NCBI GenBank assembly: GCA_965637545.1
Contig: OZ281497.1
Location: 13,764,001-13,828,000, forward strand
Direction: 5' to 3'
DNA from: Phallusia mammillata
Taxonomy: Eukaryota
Length of the DNA stretch: 64,000 nt
The notes beneath the pieces are model-generated. The model did no database searches, had not been told where the DNA came from, and saw only the letters and a program-made list of their open reading frames with translations. Shown here piece after piece: positions 46,301 to 61,300 of this stretch (its first letter is position 1; every line of letters begins with the position of its first letter). The position numbers were made by a program, and so were the translations under genes.

Positions 46301-49300
46301 GATTACACCGGCTCCACTTGCCAAATTCGTGAGTCTTGTTTACCTTGGACTTTTAGAAAGCAAGTTCTAACTGATCATTTGACCGATTAGTGAAGGCTTT
46401 GATGATTTCAATGTAAAAAATCAAAACATAAATGCATGTTGTAAATTTATGGTTATGCAAACAAAATCAATTGTTTTCATTTAATGATATTTATATCATG
46501 GAAATTTAAACCATATATTTTCTGTTTCAGGTTTAATCACTACGACGACAACAACGCAGGTAACACGTTATTTTCATACATATATATAGTTCATTTAAAG
46601 TTACCTATTTATCATGAAAAATTTGAATTTTATTACGGATTATGACGGACCAGAAATTAAATTTGCATCTTTGACTTTAAGGCACCTATAACCGTCCAAC
46701 CACCAAGACAGGAATGTTGTCAAATTGCCCCAAGTGCCAGGTACGCTGTGACGAAGAAAACCAAACTTGTTGTTAAAATTGCTTTTCTGGTGTGGTATTG
46801 GTTTCATGTATTTTTATGCTGTTTTTGTTCAAACTGTATGCTATTCAAGATATAAAAGATTTATTACATTTAGGACTAATATTTATTAATGGTAACTGTC
46901 ATTGCAGAACGCCATGCGGTGGTCGAACCAATCTTGCCCAATGCCTGTTTTCACGGGGATGTTGCTACGATTCCATACAACAAGAATGTTACATACCTTT
47001 GAGTAAGTTTCTTTAAGAAGCGTTAACAAAATTGCCTAAAATGTAATCCTGTAAAAATATACTCCTGCCAAAGTCAGCATGATTTATGAGACGTTTTCCC
47101 CCAGTTGCCCACGGTCATTGCTTCTTGGCAGGGATGCAACCATAATTTGGGTAACAACACTGCTTTACCTGACACATAAAACAGTTAAAAACAGCTTAAA
47201 GTTGGGATTGCGGTCAAATTACATGCAAATATCATTGCAGCGTGCTTCGGAAACTGTATTTTACTTTGTTTGTGGTTTTATTTAGATGTTAACATATTGC
47301 TGATTTTCGTTGTAGACCCTGTCCAATGTGCAGCTCTAACTGCTACACCACCACCTACAACAAGACCGGAGACCAAATCGCCCTCGGGAGACAGTAAGTC
47401 ATATTTCTTTGCCTTGAACCTGCATGTAAATATTTTCGTGTACTGCCTGAAACAATAATTTGTTAAATTAACGAATCGTCGTTTTCTAAGCGATGTGCAG
47501 TTATCTTTGTGAATTGTGTTTATAATTAGGGAATTTAAATATGAAATTAAGGCCATTATGAACGATGGATATATGTCAATTGCCACCGATACCCATTCAC
47601 GAATGATTTTTTTCTAGCTGGAATAGGCTGGCTTTTGTGGAGCGGTTGGTCTGAGTGCTCAAAAACCTGTGGTCAAGGAAGTCAAATCAAGTTTCGTGCG
47701 TGTGTCGGGTCAACACCTGGTTCTGCGCTTTGTCCTGGAATAGGTCGAGAAGTAAGAGAAAAAGAACAACAGAAGTTATTTGCTTTAAAACCTGTATCAG
47801 TTGTAACATGATTTGTTCTGTTGTTTAAGCTATAATATCTTAACATTTTAAATTATGCATGTTTAAACACAAAATTGGATCAGTATTTTTACAACAGTTT
47901 TTGGTCGCATCGCATTGCTTACAACTGTATTTTGCTTAGGAAATTACTTGCAAGGAACGTGACTGTCAGGGATGGGCTGACTGGGGTGAATGGAACGCTT
48001 GTCCCGTAGCCTGCGGTGGCGGTACACAACTGAGGTAAAACAAAATATTTTGACTCTTAAGATATTAAATGTAAAACCGAAGTTATTTTAAAAAGAAACC
48101 TAGGGTACTAAAATCACATGATATTTGTTGCTTTAACATTTACCCCGGAATTGTGTTCACTCAACGTTTGCAACATTAAACAGAGTTCGTGAGTGCGTGA
48201 ATTTCGCTGCCGAACCGGCGGATGTGGCCTGTCCAGGTTCTGGGGCTGAAACGCAAGTTTGTGCGAGCAATCCTTGTCCCGAATGGTCGCAGTGGACCGG
48301 TTGGTCTGGTTGCAGTGTTCCATGTGAGGGTGGGACATCATTCAGAACAAGGTAAGCTAATATCAATTAGTTTTATTTTGCTACCAATCATTTCTGATGA
48401 TTATGATCAAACGTTGCATGACTGCCGATTAGTGTTATTTTTCTGCGGCCGCTCTTTTGATTTGGTTCTTCTTTTCGGTTCATTGACCGCACGTTTATTG
48501 TGTTGCGTTGCTTTTGTTGCACTTTTAATTTTGCTGTGGATGTCAATTTTTTGCTTTGCTATGCAAAACAGAGCTCTTTAAACTTTGGTTTTAAAACTCA
48601 ACCATACACTGAAAAGGCTGACAAATAATTTTTATCTTGCTGTTAGTCTGATTCGATATAAACGACGATTATAGTAAAAGGGGCGATTAAAATTTTTCTT
48701 CTTCACTGTAAAAAAGGTTTGGAGAGCTCTTTTAAAGTTGGTGATTGTTGTGCATCAATATGCTTTTATTGATTTGCTTTAATATCGCAAAAAGTTGATG
48801 TGCTTATGCGCCGCTTCGCAAATATTGAACACTGATCACAACAACAACAAACCAATCAAGCAAATTGTGGCTTGCAACTGCTCAGCTTTTGTGGATTTGG
48901 CAACACAAAAACGCCAAATGACTTTTGTCAAATGTTAAAGAACCTGTCCAAGTGGAAATCAATGTCCTGGACCCAACAGAGAAACTATAACATGCAATGT
49001 CAACAAGATATGTGCATCGTGGACGACATGGACTAATTTTGGCACTTGTTCGGAGACATGTGGTCCAGGCACACTTAACAGAATTAGGTAAGATTTTAAA
49101 ACTAATGTTTTTGAAATAAAAATTTTGAAAATCTTGTTTGTTCAACTTCACATTTCGGCCATAAATACTGTATTTAACGTACTTTACATGGCAGGGAGTG
49201 CGTTGGGGAAGGTGAGTGTGTCGGAAACTCAAGCATTGTTGTCACCTGTTTTGTTGAAGAATGTCCTAGGTGGGGAGATTGGTCGACGTGGGGTGGATGT

Positions 49301-52300
49301 TCGACCTCCTGTCTTGATGCTACACGTAGTAGAAGCAGGTAACAAATCATGTGATTACTTTTGAGCGAGAGCAAAAATGCACTTAATATTCAACCTAAAC
49401 CGATGTTTGTTCCTGGAAGGCTGGTTGTGCCCCAATTTTTTGGGGGCAAAAAAATATTGAATAGAAGGCTTCGTTCAAATTGGAGTAAAATTGCACAAAA
49501 AGCTTGTGTACTAGCTGTTCTAATGATTATTTTCGACACAGTATTGGGAACTCCGATGTGTTTTCTGCTTTGCAGGGTTTGTGAGAGTGGAAACAATTGC
49601 CAGGGCAACGCGTTAGAGGTGGTCAATTGTGGTTTACCATTTTGCCTCCCCTCGTTCGATGACAGCATCTGGTCAAGTTGGTCATCTTGGGGCAATTGTT
49701 CGGCTCCCTGTGGTGGCGGTGTGTCTTTTCGCACAAGGTGAAAGTTCAAAGATCACCGCAGTCATCTCAGGAAACCGCCTATTTTTCGTCGTTTTTTAAT
49801 TTGCGTGCATTTTCTATCTCTGTATTGTTTGCTTGTTCATATCATTGTAAGTCGGCAGAGGCATAAACTTTTTCCTGTTGTTGTTTTTGTATATTTTTGT
49901 GCTTCCGATTTTATTGTTATAAACACATGTGTCGTAATGTGATTACCAATTGGACAACGACTTTGCAGATCCTAATACCTTTTTGGCTTGCAGAGAATGC
50001 CTCAATGCCATAGATGAAAATTCTTGTATCGGTGCCAGTCGCGAGGATGATGTTTGTAACACCGGACCTTGTGCGACTTGGGGAGATTGGAGCCCTTACA
50101 GTGAATGTCCAGCAACATGTGGTGGTGGTAAGTAAAACATTTTAAAAACATTGTAATATAATGCGAGAAAATAGGCTCTCTACAAAATCACCAAAACGTA
50201 TCGACATAGATACACCTGCCAAAAAGCTACCCGCTGTCGAAATTTTGTTGTTTCTGTTTGTTCAAAGTTAAATCAAATGGTTACGATGTATATTAGAAGC
50301 TGTTCTGATATAAACTGATTTGATTTTCCTCAGAGATTCAATTCCGCCCAATTTGTGCATGCAGTTTTAGGCTATAGGCTGTGTTGTCAAAAGTTTGATC
50401 GAAAATATCTAATCCACCTTTGTTTTGAAATTTGACAGCTACGCAAAGTCGGTCTCGTGTTTGCATGCATGGCGAAATCGGTGACCCCGGCTGTGACCTC
50501 ATCGAAGACGCATCAATGACGCAGGACTGCGCTCTTAACGACTGTGAGTTTTGGAGTGAATGGTCGGAATATGATACCTGCAGTGCTTCATGCGGAAGTG
50601 GAACACAGGTAAAAAACTGGAGAGCAAACTTGTCATGTGCTAGTGAAACATTTTCTTTAACTATACTTATTTGTGCAGACACGAACTCGTATATGTAGAA
50701 ACGGAGTGCCGGGTGTTGGAGCTTGTTCCGGTGCGGACAGCAACACTCGCACTTGTGTAGGATCGGAGTCGTGCCCAACATGGACAGAATGGGGTGACTT
50801 CCGTGCATGCACACGATCGTGCGGCGGTGGACTACAAACCAGATCGAGGTACTTTTGAATTTTTGCATGTAATAAAAACAAGTTGTTGGAAAATCCTACG
50901 GTCGCGTCGAAATTAGAGTAAACCACGGGAATAAAAACTAGTGAAAAATGTCTTGATTAAGAAGACAATGGGCGATAATACGATCATTTTTTAATGTTCT
51001 GATCGTGTAGTTTATTGTTTTTAAAAACGACGTCTTCATAAAGCCTTTCTCTTTTTTCAGGACTTGCCAGTTCAGTGAGAGCGACGATGAATGCGAGGGC
51101 GATTCCTCTCAAACCGTGGCTTGCAACAATCAACAATGTGAGACATGGAGCCCGTGGGATCCATCCGGACTTTGCAGCAAATCATGTGGTGGCGGTAGTC
51201 AGATGTTCACACGTATCTGTGTGGGAGGATCCGAGGGAATGCCTGGTTGCTTAGGAAATTCTACCAAGGTATTGACGGAAAGAAACTTTGTAACGCGTCT
51301 GTACTCTTTGAACTCTCGGTGAAAATGTCATTTTTATGGAACTTTATTGGCACATACAGGGTTTGTATTTGCAAATAAGAAACGATGTCAGCTTAGTTGC
51401 TTTTAATTTGACATATGTTTTTATAGTTAGTTCCTTCTAAGCTACAAGTCTTCATCTAAGTATTCAACTTTTCCTATAGTACGAACCATGTAACTCTAAT
51501 ATCTGCCCCTTCTGGAGTGATTGGGAGAACTTCGGTCAGTGTGAGGGCGAATGCGGCGAGGGAACTCAGCTGAGACGGAGGATTTGTCTTCCCTCTCCAA
51601 CGCAGGAGAGTTTATGTGCAGGATCCCCTGTAAGCTCAGTGTCATGTGACACTGGAAAGTCTTGTGGCGGATGGTCACAGTGGGGTGAATGGGGAGCATG
51701 TGGAAAGACTTGTGGAGGTGGAAGTCAAACCAGATATCGAACATGCAATGGTAAGTATTTACACTGTTTTATTTATTTGTTGGCTTTTAAGTTGGCACAG
51801 AGTGTAAACTTCACAACATAAATGGAAGTTTTTATCATTTAAGCAAAAAATGGTCAATGAAGTCACGTACAGATTTGTCGGACGCCGTTATATTGTTTAC
51901 AGCCATACTACTTGGAGTAGCAGGCAAAATTATCACAATTAAGTTAAAGATCGTAGGTTTTCGTCTTTTTGCATTTAAGGGAAAACAAACGCCTAATTCA
52001 GACTTTTTAGTGCCCAGATGCACACTACAAGCAAATTAGGTAAATGTTTTTTCCACAGGTGGTTCAGTCGGTGACCCAGGTTGTGATGGACCTGCTGATG
52101 AAAACCGCGAATGTCAACAACAGGCTTGCCCAACTTGGTCAAGTTGGACGGTTACACAGGAATGTCCTGATTGTGGACCTGGAACAATTATCCGATCCAG
52201 AAACTGTATTGGCGGAGAAGTTGGTCAAGACGGTTGCATGGGAGAAAGTGCGATGTTGGAAAGCTGCTTTATCAAGGTAAATATCAGGTTTAACTTTTTG

Positions 52301-55300
52301 TCAGAGTTTTTACATAAATTTTAGAGAGGAACTGATGTTGTGTCAAAAGGGCAACGTTGTGATGCGTTTTGACTAAAAATGGAAAGCTCAAGAGATAAAC
52401 TTTTGTCTCCTCAAAGTCTAGAACGTAATATTGATGCACTTAAATGATTACAAACGTATTGTCATGTTAATTAACTTGGCATATAATTAATTTTCAGTAT
52501 AGAGTGCTTGTCCTAGAAAGGGTCAAGTTGAAAACTTATAGGGCTTGTTCCAGATACCTGTGTAAAAAAGCTAGACTATTGTGTACAATATTTTGATTTT
52601 TTAATATAATGTGGTATATTTTTACTACCTTAATGGATATCAGCTTTCTTGTAATCTTAAGGTAATTACCGAATTTAGAATTAGCGCTAAGAATTATTTT
52701 GCACAGATGTTGTCGAGGTATATCTTTGTACTTAACGTGTGTCTATTGTTGTAGGCTTGTGCTGCCTGGCAAGAGTGGTCCCAGTGGGGTCAGTGTTCAG
52801 AGACATGTGGGCAAGGCACCAGAGAAAGAACACGAATTTGTCAGGATGGTCAGGTCGGAGAAGCAGGTTGTCTTGGGGACAGCAGAGAAATTGAGGATTG
52901 CAACCTGGGCTCTTGTGCTACGTGGTTGGAATGGAGCGGATACTCTCCTTGCACGTTAGTATTCTGTTTGTATGATTAGCATAATGCAGTGGTTCTCAAA
53001 GTATGGGTCGCGACCCAAACATGGGTCGCGCAGGGTAAAAAAATGGGTCGCGCTATGGCGATTCAATGCTGTCCAAACGAACAATTGCTGCATTAAGTAA
53101 ACACAAACGAATTTACTTAATGTAGTAGTAAAGTCACCTCACTCGACCACGTTGTACAGTAAACGGAACCAACTATTACCACATACAGACGACAATAGGC
53201 TTCCAACTTTACTGTTACGCACATGGCGATTGTAACGTGACACGTCGTAGCACGGGAAATAGTAGGACACGTTAATCATGCGAAACTGAATGAGGATATG
53301 TACCAGTTAGTGTTTAAGGATGAGTAAGTATTCGCACAAGGAAACATTTTTAGAATTGGGATTCACTTCTATCAATGATCATAGTGCTGCAAAGCCACAA
53401 TGTGTGTTGTGCTATGCAGTGTTGTCGAACGAATCGATCTCGTTAAGTCTGCAGCCATTTGACATGGTCCTTAGGAGCCCATATATGCGGCGACGACGTG
53501 GCCTCGAAATTGCAGTCCGTCTTAATACATTTTTGATGTTTGAGACTTGGGTCGTGAGATGTTCATAAAACTCAAGATTTGGGTCGCGGTCATAAAAGTT
53601 TGAGAACCACTGGCATAATGTGTATAGAATGGACAATTTAAATTTACAATCTAAAATGGATAGGTATAGAATGAACATTTAAAAAAAATGTACAGGTCTT
53701 TTCACGAAATTGGAATACATACTTTTAGTTTTATAGTTGTATCAAAACTCAACACTTAAACGTAACTCAAAACTCTACCGAAAACTTGTTTTGCGATATA
53801 GTTTTAATCATTGACTATCTTAACAGTGCTACGTGCGGTGAAAATGGTCGCCAGTTCCGTTCTCGGGATTGTCAGAGCGGAGGTGACAACGAGGAAGGTT
53901 CAGGGCAAGAAAGTTGTTCTGGGTCTGGATCAGAAACCAGAAGATGTAACGTCAAACTTTGTCCGACGTGGGCCTTCTGGGGTAATTGGTCAAAATGTGA
54001 CCAACCATGCGGTGGTGGAAACATGGTAAGAATTAAATTGCACACCGAAAATCTTTCTTGGTTACCAAATCTTACAAATTTACTGATGAGGTTGAATTAC
54101 AGTTGGGATGAACCTGGTTTGGGGCAAGAAATAAAAACAAATTTACAATTCAGAACGTTATGACGTACCGCATGGTATTTTCAATTAATAGTTACTAACA
54201 ATAATTTCAACAGGATCGCAGAAGGGTGTGCCAAAACGGCAGCCCTGGTCAAGATGGGTGCATTGGCGTACTGATGGAAAATGCTGAGTGTAACACTGGT
54301 AGTTGCGGAACATGGGCGTCATGGGGTGAATTCACCGATTGCAACGCTCTGTGTGATGGTGGAACTCAATACAGAAAAAGAACATGCGAACTCGTTCCCG
54401 GCGCAGGTAACATCCACATGTTTTCTGATTTTTTTCAGTTAAGTTTGTGTGTGACATAGCACATTTTTCTAATGTGTTATTGAACTTTGCGTTGTTTTTG
54501 ACACACTGTGTAAAAATAAAAGAAATTTCATCACAAAATGAGCAATGCAAGTCACATCATTTCTTCCCAATTATAGTTGGATATTCTTGTCCTGGCGACG
54601 GCACCGATGAGCAAGTGTGTAACACCGGCAGTTGCTCAGGTTGGGGATCGTGGGGTCCATTCTCAGACTGCTCACTAACCTGCAACGCCGGCTTATCAAC
54701 CAGATACCGATCATGCGAAAACGGAGAGGTAAGGCATAGAAAAGTAATTTTGCTTGACTTGGCTTATCACAATTACTTCATGCGCGTGACTGTGATGTAT
54801 TGGTAGATTAAAGACTAAATAGCTAACCAAAAAGTTTAATATGCTATTTGGCCAAAATAGTTCACGGCGTTTGTCCCAGGTTTTCTGAAGGTTGTTTTAA
54901 ACTAAACAAAGTCAGTCAATGTTTGCCACAGTTATCGTGATAACTAAACTTTCTCTTTGAAACACCTTGAAAGTTAACTAAACATAAAAAATTTTACAGT
55001 ATGGTGAAGGTGGGTGCGCTGAAGGCGCCAAATCGGAGACAGTGACTTGCAACACACAGGCATGTCCGAGTTGGTCAGAGTGGTCAGAGTATGGAGACTG
55101 CAATGTACCATGTGATGGTGGAACACGACAACGAACCAGGGATTGCGTTAATGGAGTTGCTGGGGAGGCTGGCTGTCGTGGAATGGTTGTCGAAACACAA
55201 GGATGCAATGATCAGGTAATGTTTAAATTACGAATGATAGGTTTACCGTTTTGACCGAGCCATCCTTTGAGGGTGGAGTTATAATCAATAACATTTTGAA

Positions 55301-58300
55301 AAATAAATACTTGTTTGGCTTTATATGTGGCTTGGAAGAAAATCGTGTTTAAATTCCTCATTTATTGCCTTTATGCATTTTTTACAGGATTTAATTTAAG
55401 GCAAAATTTTCAATAAATATGGGTGGGTGATAACTTTTATATTTATACAGCCTTGTCCACGCTGGGACGGATGGAATGATTGGTCTGCCTGCAGTGTTAC
55501 TTGTAATGCAGCTGTTCAGAAGAGAACTCGTAACTGTAGATACGGATCACCAGAAGATTGCGACGGAGATAGCGAAGAGAGCCAACAGTGCGCCACTAAC
55601 CCTTGTCGTAAGTTCTGGTTTTATCTCTAACTTATGTGCTGGTAAAACTTGTGTTTAGTACTCTTATTCAATACAAACGAAGTTGTTTCATTTTTACCCG
55701 ACTTTAGACTTGATTTACTTAAATTTCTGCTGTTTTTCTTGCAGCGTTCATGGGCGACTGGGGCCCATGGAGTGAGTGTTCAGAAACCTGTAACTTCGGT
55801 CAAAACGAAAGAAGCAGAGAGTGTGTGAACGGAGAGTTTGGAATGATTGGATGCGAAGGTTCCGCAACTGAGTCAAAACCTTGTGACGATTTAGTAAGTT
55901 TCGTTATAATTTTATAAAAATGTTGGCCTCATATTCTAACGTTGTATGAAACTCCAAACTTCATGCAAGTATTGTAACACTATCATTTTTTTAGCAACCC
56001 TGCTTTAGCTGGTCACAGTGGAGTCCATGGGGAAGTTGTAGAAATTCTGGGGGTGAACGTATCAGCTGTGGAGTGGGAACCAAGAGACGATTCCGAAACT
56101 GTCCCGGTGGAACCATCGGTCTTCGGGGCTGTGAAGGTCCCAACGAAGAATTTACTCCTTGCAACGAGGGACGCTGTCCATACTGGGACGAGTGGTCAAC
56201 ATGGTCACCTTGTAATGTGAAATGTGGTGGCGGGATTACGGTAAGTCGGAAGGATCGGCATATAATTGCTTTAAATCGGATTTAAAGCCCGAATGAATTA
56301 ATTTTAATGCTTGGGCTAAGCGACGAAATGTGGCGTGTGACAAAAACATTTTCTTTCAATTTTTGAAGGTTAACAGGATTCCTAGCGAACCTGGCGTAGT
56401 TAAATGATATTGCGCTGAAACCGTTCTAAACTTTTTACCTGTTTTAATTGATTTTTGCCTGTAGAACACGTCACGATAAGTTTGTGTCGAAAATCGATTT
56501 TTGACAGCCATGTAACTTGGCATACTATTTCGTCAACGAAATATATGGTAAATGACATTAACTATCACATGTGTGCTTTTTAACGCATATACATTACTGG
56601 CATATTACCGTCAGTGTTTTTGCTTATTGATTATGTTGCTACTAAACCATTATGCTCATTGTAATTTAAACCTAAAATGATTATGAACCCTTCTTAAATT
56701 ACAGGAAAGATTTAGAGATTGTATAAACGGGGTTCCTGGTGACAACGGTTGTGAAATTGATGGTTCAACAGAAATTTTGGAATGCAATACTAACCGATGT
56801 GGTATGTTCAAAATTGATTTTGTTACTTTGCCTTGACATTACCGAAACGTTTTTACAACCAAAACTATACAGACGAATAGTATTTTTTTCTAAATGTACA
56901 TCGTTGTTAAAATTTGTATTTCTGAAAAACAGATCCACCTCCCAAACCAGTCCTTGACAGTAAGTTGCACAGCATCCACACTAACAGTGCAAAATCATAC
57001 TAACGTCGTAACTATTTAGTTTATTCACTAACATATATAACATGTACTAACCAATAAAATACGTACAGTACTAACCATTACTATAAATATTGTACTTAAT
57101 GCATTTTTAAATCGTAACTGCATGCTTTTTACACTTTTCTCCGGTTTTATTGTGGTATATGTAACTTACATATTTTAAACACTCTTTTATTCTTGGCAAA
57201 TTGTTAACTTTCATGTTTAAAAGTACATCATTTTCACATACAAAATCAGCAAAAAACACTTGTTTCAGCTATTGCATACATCAATTGATATATTGGAACG
57301 AAATTTTCAGATTGTACTTTATTGGATATTGGCTTCATCATTGATTCAAGCAGCAGCATCGGAAGCGATAACTTCGAAACTGTGCGAAGTTTCTTGCGAT
57401 CAATAATGCGACTCTTGAATGTTGGGCTTGACAAAACGAGGGTAAGATTTCAAACCTGCCCAGTGCAGTCAAATAAGAAACTTATTTTGTTGTTGACATT
57501 GAAGGACAGTTTAAGTTTGTTTATGGTTAACGTTTAAGTTTTACGAACTTTTTCTGTGTTTTGTGAAACCTTACCTTATTTGTACGCATTAGTTTGCTTT
57601 CGTTATTCTTGGTGTCCCTGTATTGAAACTTTATTCCCTCAGGTTGCTGCCCTACGATACAACAGAGATGTTTATCCTCTGTGGAGTTTCGCTCAGTCAA
57701 CCAGCACTGACGATCTAATCGACAGAATCAATCGAGTAGTTTACAACGGATCTGGTACCCTCACCGGTCAAGCACTTTCCTACGCAGCAGCAAACATGTT
57801 TACAGAAGCGGAGGGTGATCGACCAACTGTTGCTGACCTTGCTGTGGTGTTAACCGATGGCAGAGCGCAAGACAGGCCGGATAGCACTGTTGATGTAAGT
57901 TATTTTTTCGTCTTGTAATGTTTGCGCTTGTGAGCACTACTTTCTGGTGGGTAGTTACCGTAATTATATACTCCCAAATAAAATGGTCATTTCGGATAGG
58001 GTCTATGCTTTATAAATTGTAATACGACCTAACATTACTGAATAAACGACTTAGCATTACTATAAAACAAATATTTAGAAGTGAAGAAAGGTTTAACTAT
58101 TTAATTGTCACTAAACGAATTGTATTTGCAGTTTCTGAAGGAGAATGGTGTCATCGTGGTGGCGATCGCGGTCACCGAACGAATTGACGTTGAGGAAATC
58201 AATGCGATTGCATCAGATCCGGATAGCACTTACGCCTTCTTCGTTGAAGATTTCGAAGGATTGCTAGAAGTGGTCGAGAACGTGGCGTCATTTGCATGTG

Positions 58301-61300
58301 GCAGAGGTTAGTAATATTGTGGTACAGTTTAAACCCACATGAAAATTAAAAGTGACATGACGATTTATGTGCTTAGTGTATATATAAAGATCTACACCTT
58401 ACTGTATTATAACATATAAGTTTATTTTATCAGCTACGTGGGGTGAATGGGGTCCTTGGACACCGTGCCCTCGAACATGCGGAGGAAGTCCTCGCGTCAG
58501 AGAGAGACAATGTGTTGGCGGTTTCGGCACCAACGCAGGAATATGTCCCGAAGGTGTAAGCAGTCAGAGTGAGGTAAGAACTCTTGTTCTGTGAACATGT
58601 CTTCGTGGTATTTGGAGGTGTAATGTTGCGTGACAAATACTCCGACCAGAGTTGCAAACGGGCCTGAAATTGGAGCCCGAACCGGACCCGAACCCGAAAG
58701 TACAAACCCGACCTGAACCTGAATCGTTTTTGAGCACCCCGTTTAGGCCCGAAAGCTTGATTGTCAGGCCTATACATTGAAGCCTCAGGAAAGACCAAGA
58801 CAACAAACACAATTGATCTTGAACAAAGCGTTATAGGGCTGTTTGACATTAGGTCATTTTTTTTTAAGAAACCTAAGCCCGAACTCGGCCCGACTTACAA
58901 CTCTGACCAAGGCACCTTTTTTTAAAAAAAAAAATTTTTAACACCACCTATATCATGTTTTGATATCATTATTCAATTACCTGGCAATCGATCCCGATTT
59001 TCACGCTATTAGTGGTTTGCCGCAAACTGCCGCAAAACGTATTACACCATTGGGTTGAATATAAAGGGTCACGATTTTAACGCTACAGATGTCGCACACA
59101 GATTTGCAACACCGCACCTTGTCCGAACTGGTCTCCGTGGACGCAAAACGACGAATGCTCAGCGCCCTGTGGTGGAGGCGTCTTACAAAGAAATCGTATC
59201 TGTATTTTCGGCACTGCTGGCCAACCTGGTTGTGAGGGATCGGAAGTCAACAGCACCGACTGCAATACACAGGTACAGTAGACTTCATTTTGGTGGAACT
59301 TTATACAGATTCAGTCGCAGCAAGCGGATAGGCATCATCACCTACAGTGGAGTGATGCCGACAGGTTTCTTGTGGAGGCTGAAAGTTGTAGGATACAGGA
59401 ATGACTTCTCATCGTAACCGATATTTTTCACATGCTAGACTTGCCCAACGTGGTCACCTTGGAGCAACTGGGGTGACTGCGATAAATCCTGCGGTGGAGG
59501 TGATCGTTTTAGGTCACGATCATGTAATGGTGGATCGCCTGGGACCACCGGTTGCATTGGGCCAGAAACGCAAACTGGATCCTGTAATAGCAGGGTATGT
59601 TACTGCATCTATGTAGCTGTGGTAAAACACACAGATCGTTACCGGTTATTGCTTTCTCGTAGTTTTGTCCCGAATGGTCGGGCTGGGCACAGTGGACCGA
59701 CTGCACGTTGTCTTGTGGCAACGGCACATCAACCCGCAGGCGAATTTGTTTGTATTCATCACCCGGTAGTGAGTGCTCGGGTCCAGATTCCCAAACTATA
59801 CCGTGCAATGGCCAGGTGAGAGGGCCGGGTTTGTCATTACTAACCTGCCTCTCAACTTGCAACCTCTCTGTCTATCCTTTACTTGACTTTTCTATCGTTA
59901 CTAACAAGCGATTCCTTTCGCTGAATTTCTTCCCAGGATCTCTATCATTCAACGATATTACAAAATTTCGTTGCTAACAATGATGAAGACTTCTACTAAC
60001 AGCCTTTGAATCAAGGGCTCAATTTTCTTGTAAAAATTTCCGAACAGCTAACAGGTGCTTTTTGTTGCCTGTTTTGAACATGGGCTAACTGTGGCGGTTT
60101 GTGCCGTGCGTTTGTAGCCATGTCCTCGTTGGACGCCATGGACACCGTGGAGCGACTGTTCAGTGACGTGTGGAGGTTCTCGCGTCAGTCGAAGTCGAGA
60201 ATGTGAGTACGGAGTCAATGGGGGACCAGGATGTCGCGGATTAAGAGCGGAATCAAAGAGTTGTGCCAGTCTGGTAGGTTCATGTCTTTTAATAATGGTT
60301 TTCTTGATTTTACAACGTGTTTTTTGGGGACTTATTACTTTCATTGGTTTTCGTAAAGTTTAGAGCTCAAATAGCAGTTTACTTTATATTGCTAAAGGTC
60401 TTAAAACTTTTGTACGCTTACTTCTAAACTACACAAAACAGGTAACTGTCTTGGATGGCTTATTAAACTCTGTAAACACTGCTAAAATCAACAATGTTTT
60501 TTTTAAACACGACGAATGCTTTTATTATCGCTTCAAGAGGTGATGATATAAATATAAGCCTGAAGCTAGGGTGTGTTAAACCACCACTTTGGTTGTAGAT
60601 TTGTTCGACTTGGTCCAACTGGCGACCCTGGAGCCCATGTAGTAAGACATGCGGTGAAGGAACGCGGAAGAGAGCACGTGACTGCACAGGTGATCCCTCG
60701 ATTGTCCCTGTGTGCGCCGGAGATGAAAGCGAAGAGCAAACTTGTATTCTGAGAGTAAGCTAATTTTATTTCAGATTTTACAACACAAAAATCTGCAGAA
60801 CCAAGTTTCAATTTCTGTTGTAACTGTATTGCTAAAAACTTTACAATGGTTTTTAAACAACTGTCTCTCCGTTGCTTACATACTATTTCAAACGAGATTT
60901 TACGTTTTCATATTACCAAACAGATATTTAGAGAAGTAAATCTCCCTTGTCACGACTTTTACCTTTTGAAACAAAGCATCATTTTCATTCTATAATAGCG
61001 CAATTTTCATTGAAGGTTAAAGATTCTTGCCAAGTAGCGTATGGTAACAACTTACATTACTTACTAAAATAACAACAGTCCAAATTATATACGTGCTTAT
61101 TGAATATAGCTCAAAATGTAGTCATCTTATCACTTCAAGTTTAATTTTTTTTGATGTTTTATGCTTGTTTTTTTTCAGTCAATTTGTCCAAGTTGGGAGA
61201 TATGGCCCGATACGCCGGATGACGTGGAAGAATGTTCTAGAACTTGTGGAGGTGGAACTTATATCCAGAGGAGAAGATGTATTGAAGGTTTGCCTGGTGA

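Noticed and set aside
53320-53568. ORF as a functional or domesticated transposase
   Set aside because: Only about 40 N-terminal codons are transposase-like; catalytic and dimerisation domains are deleted.
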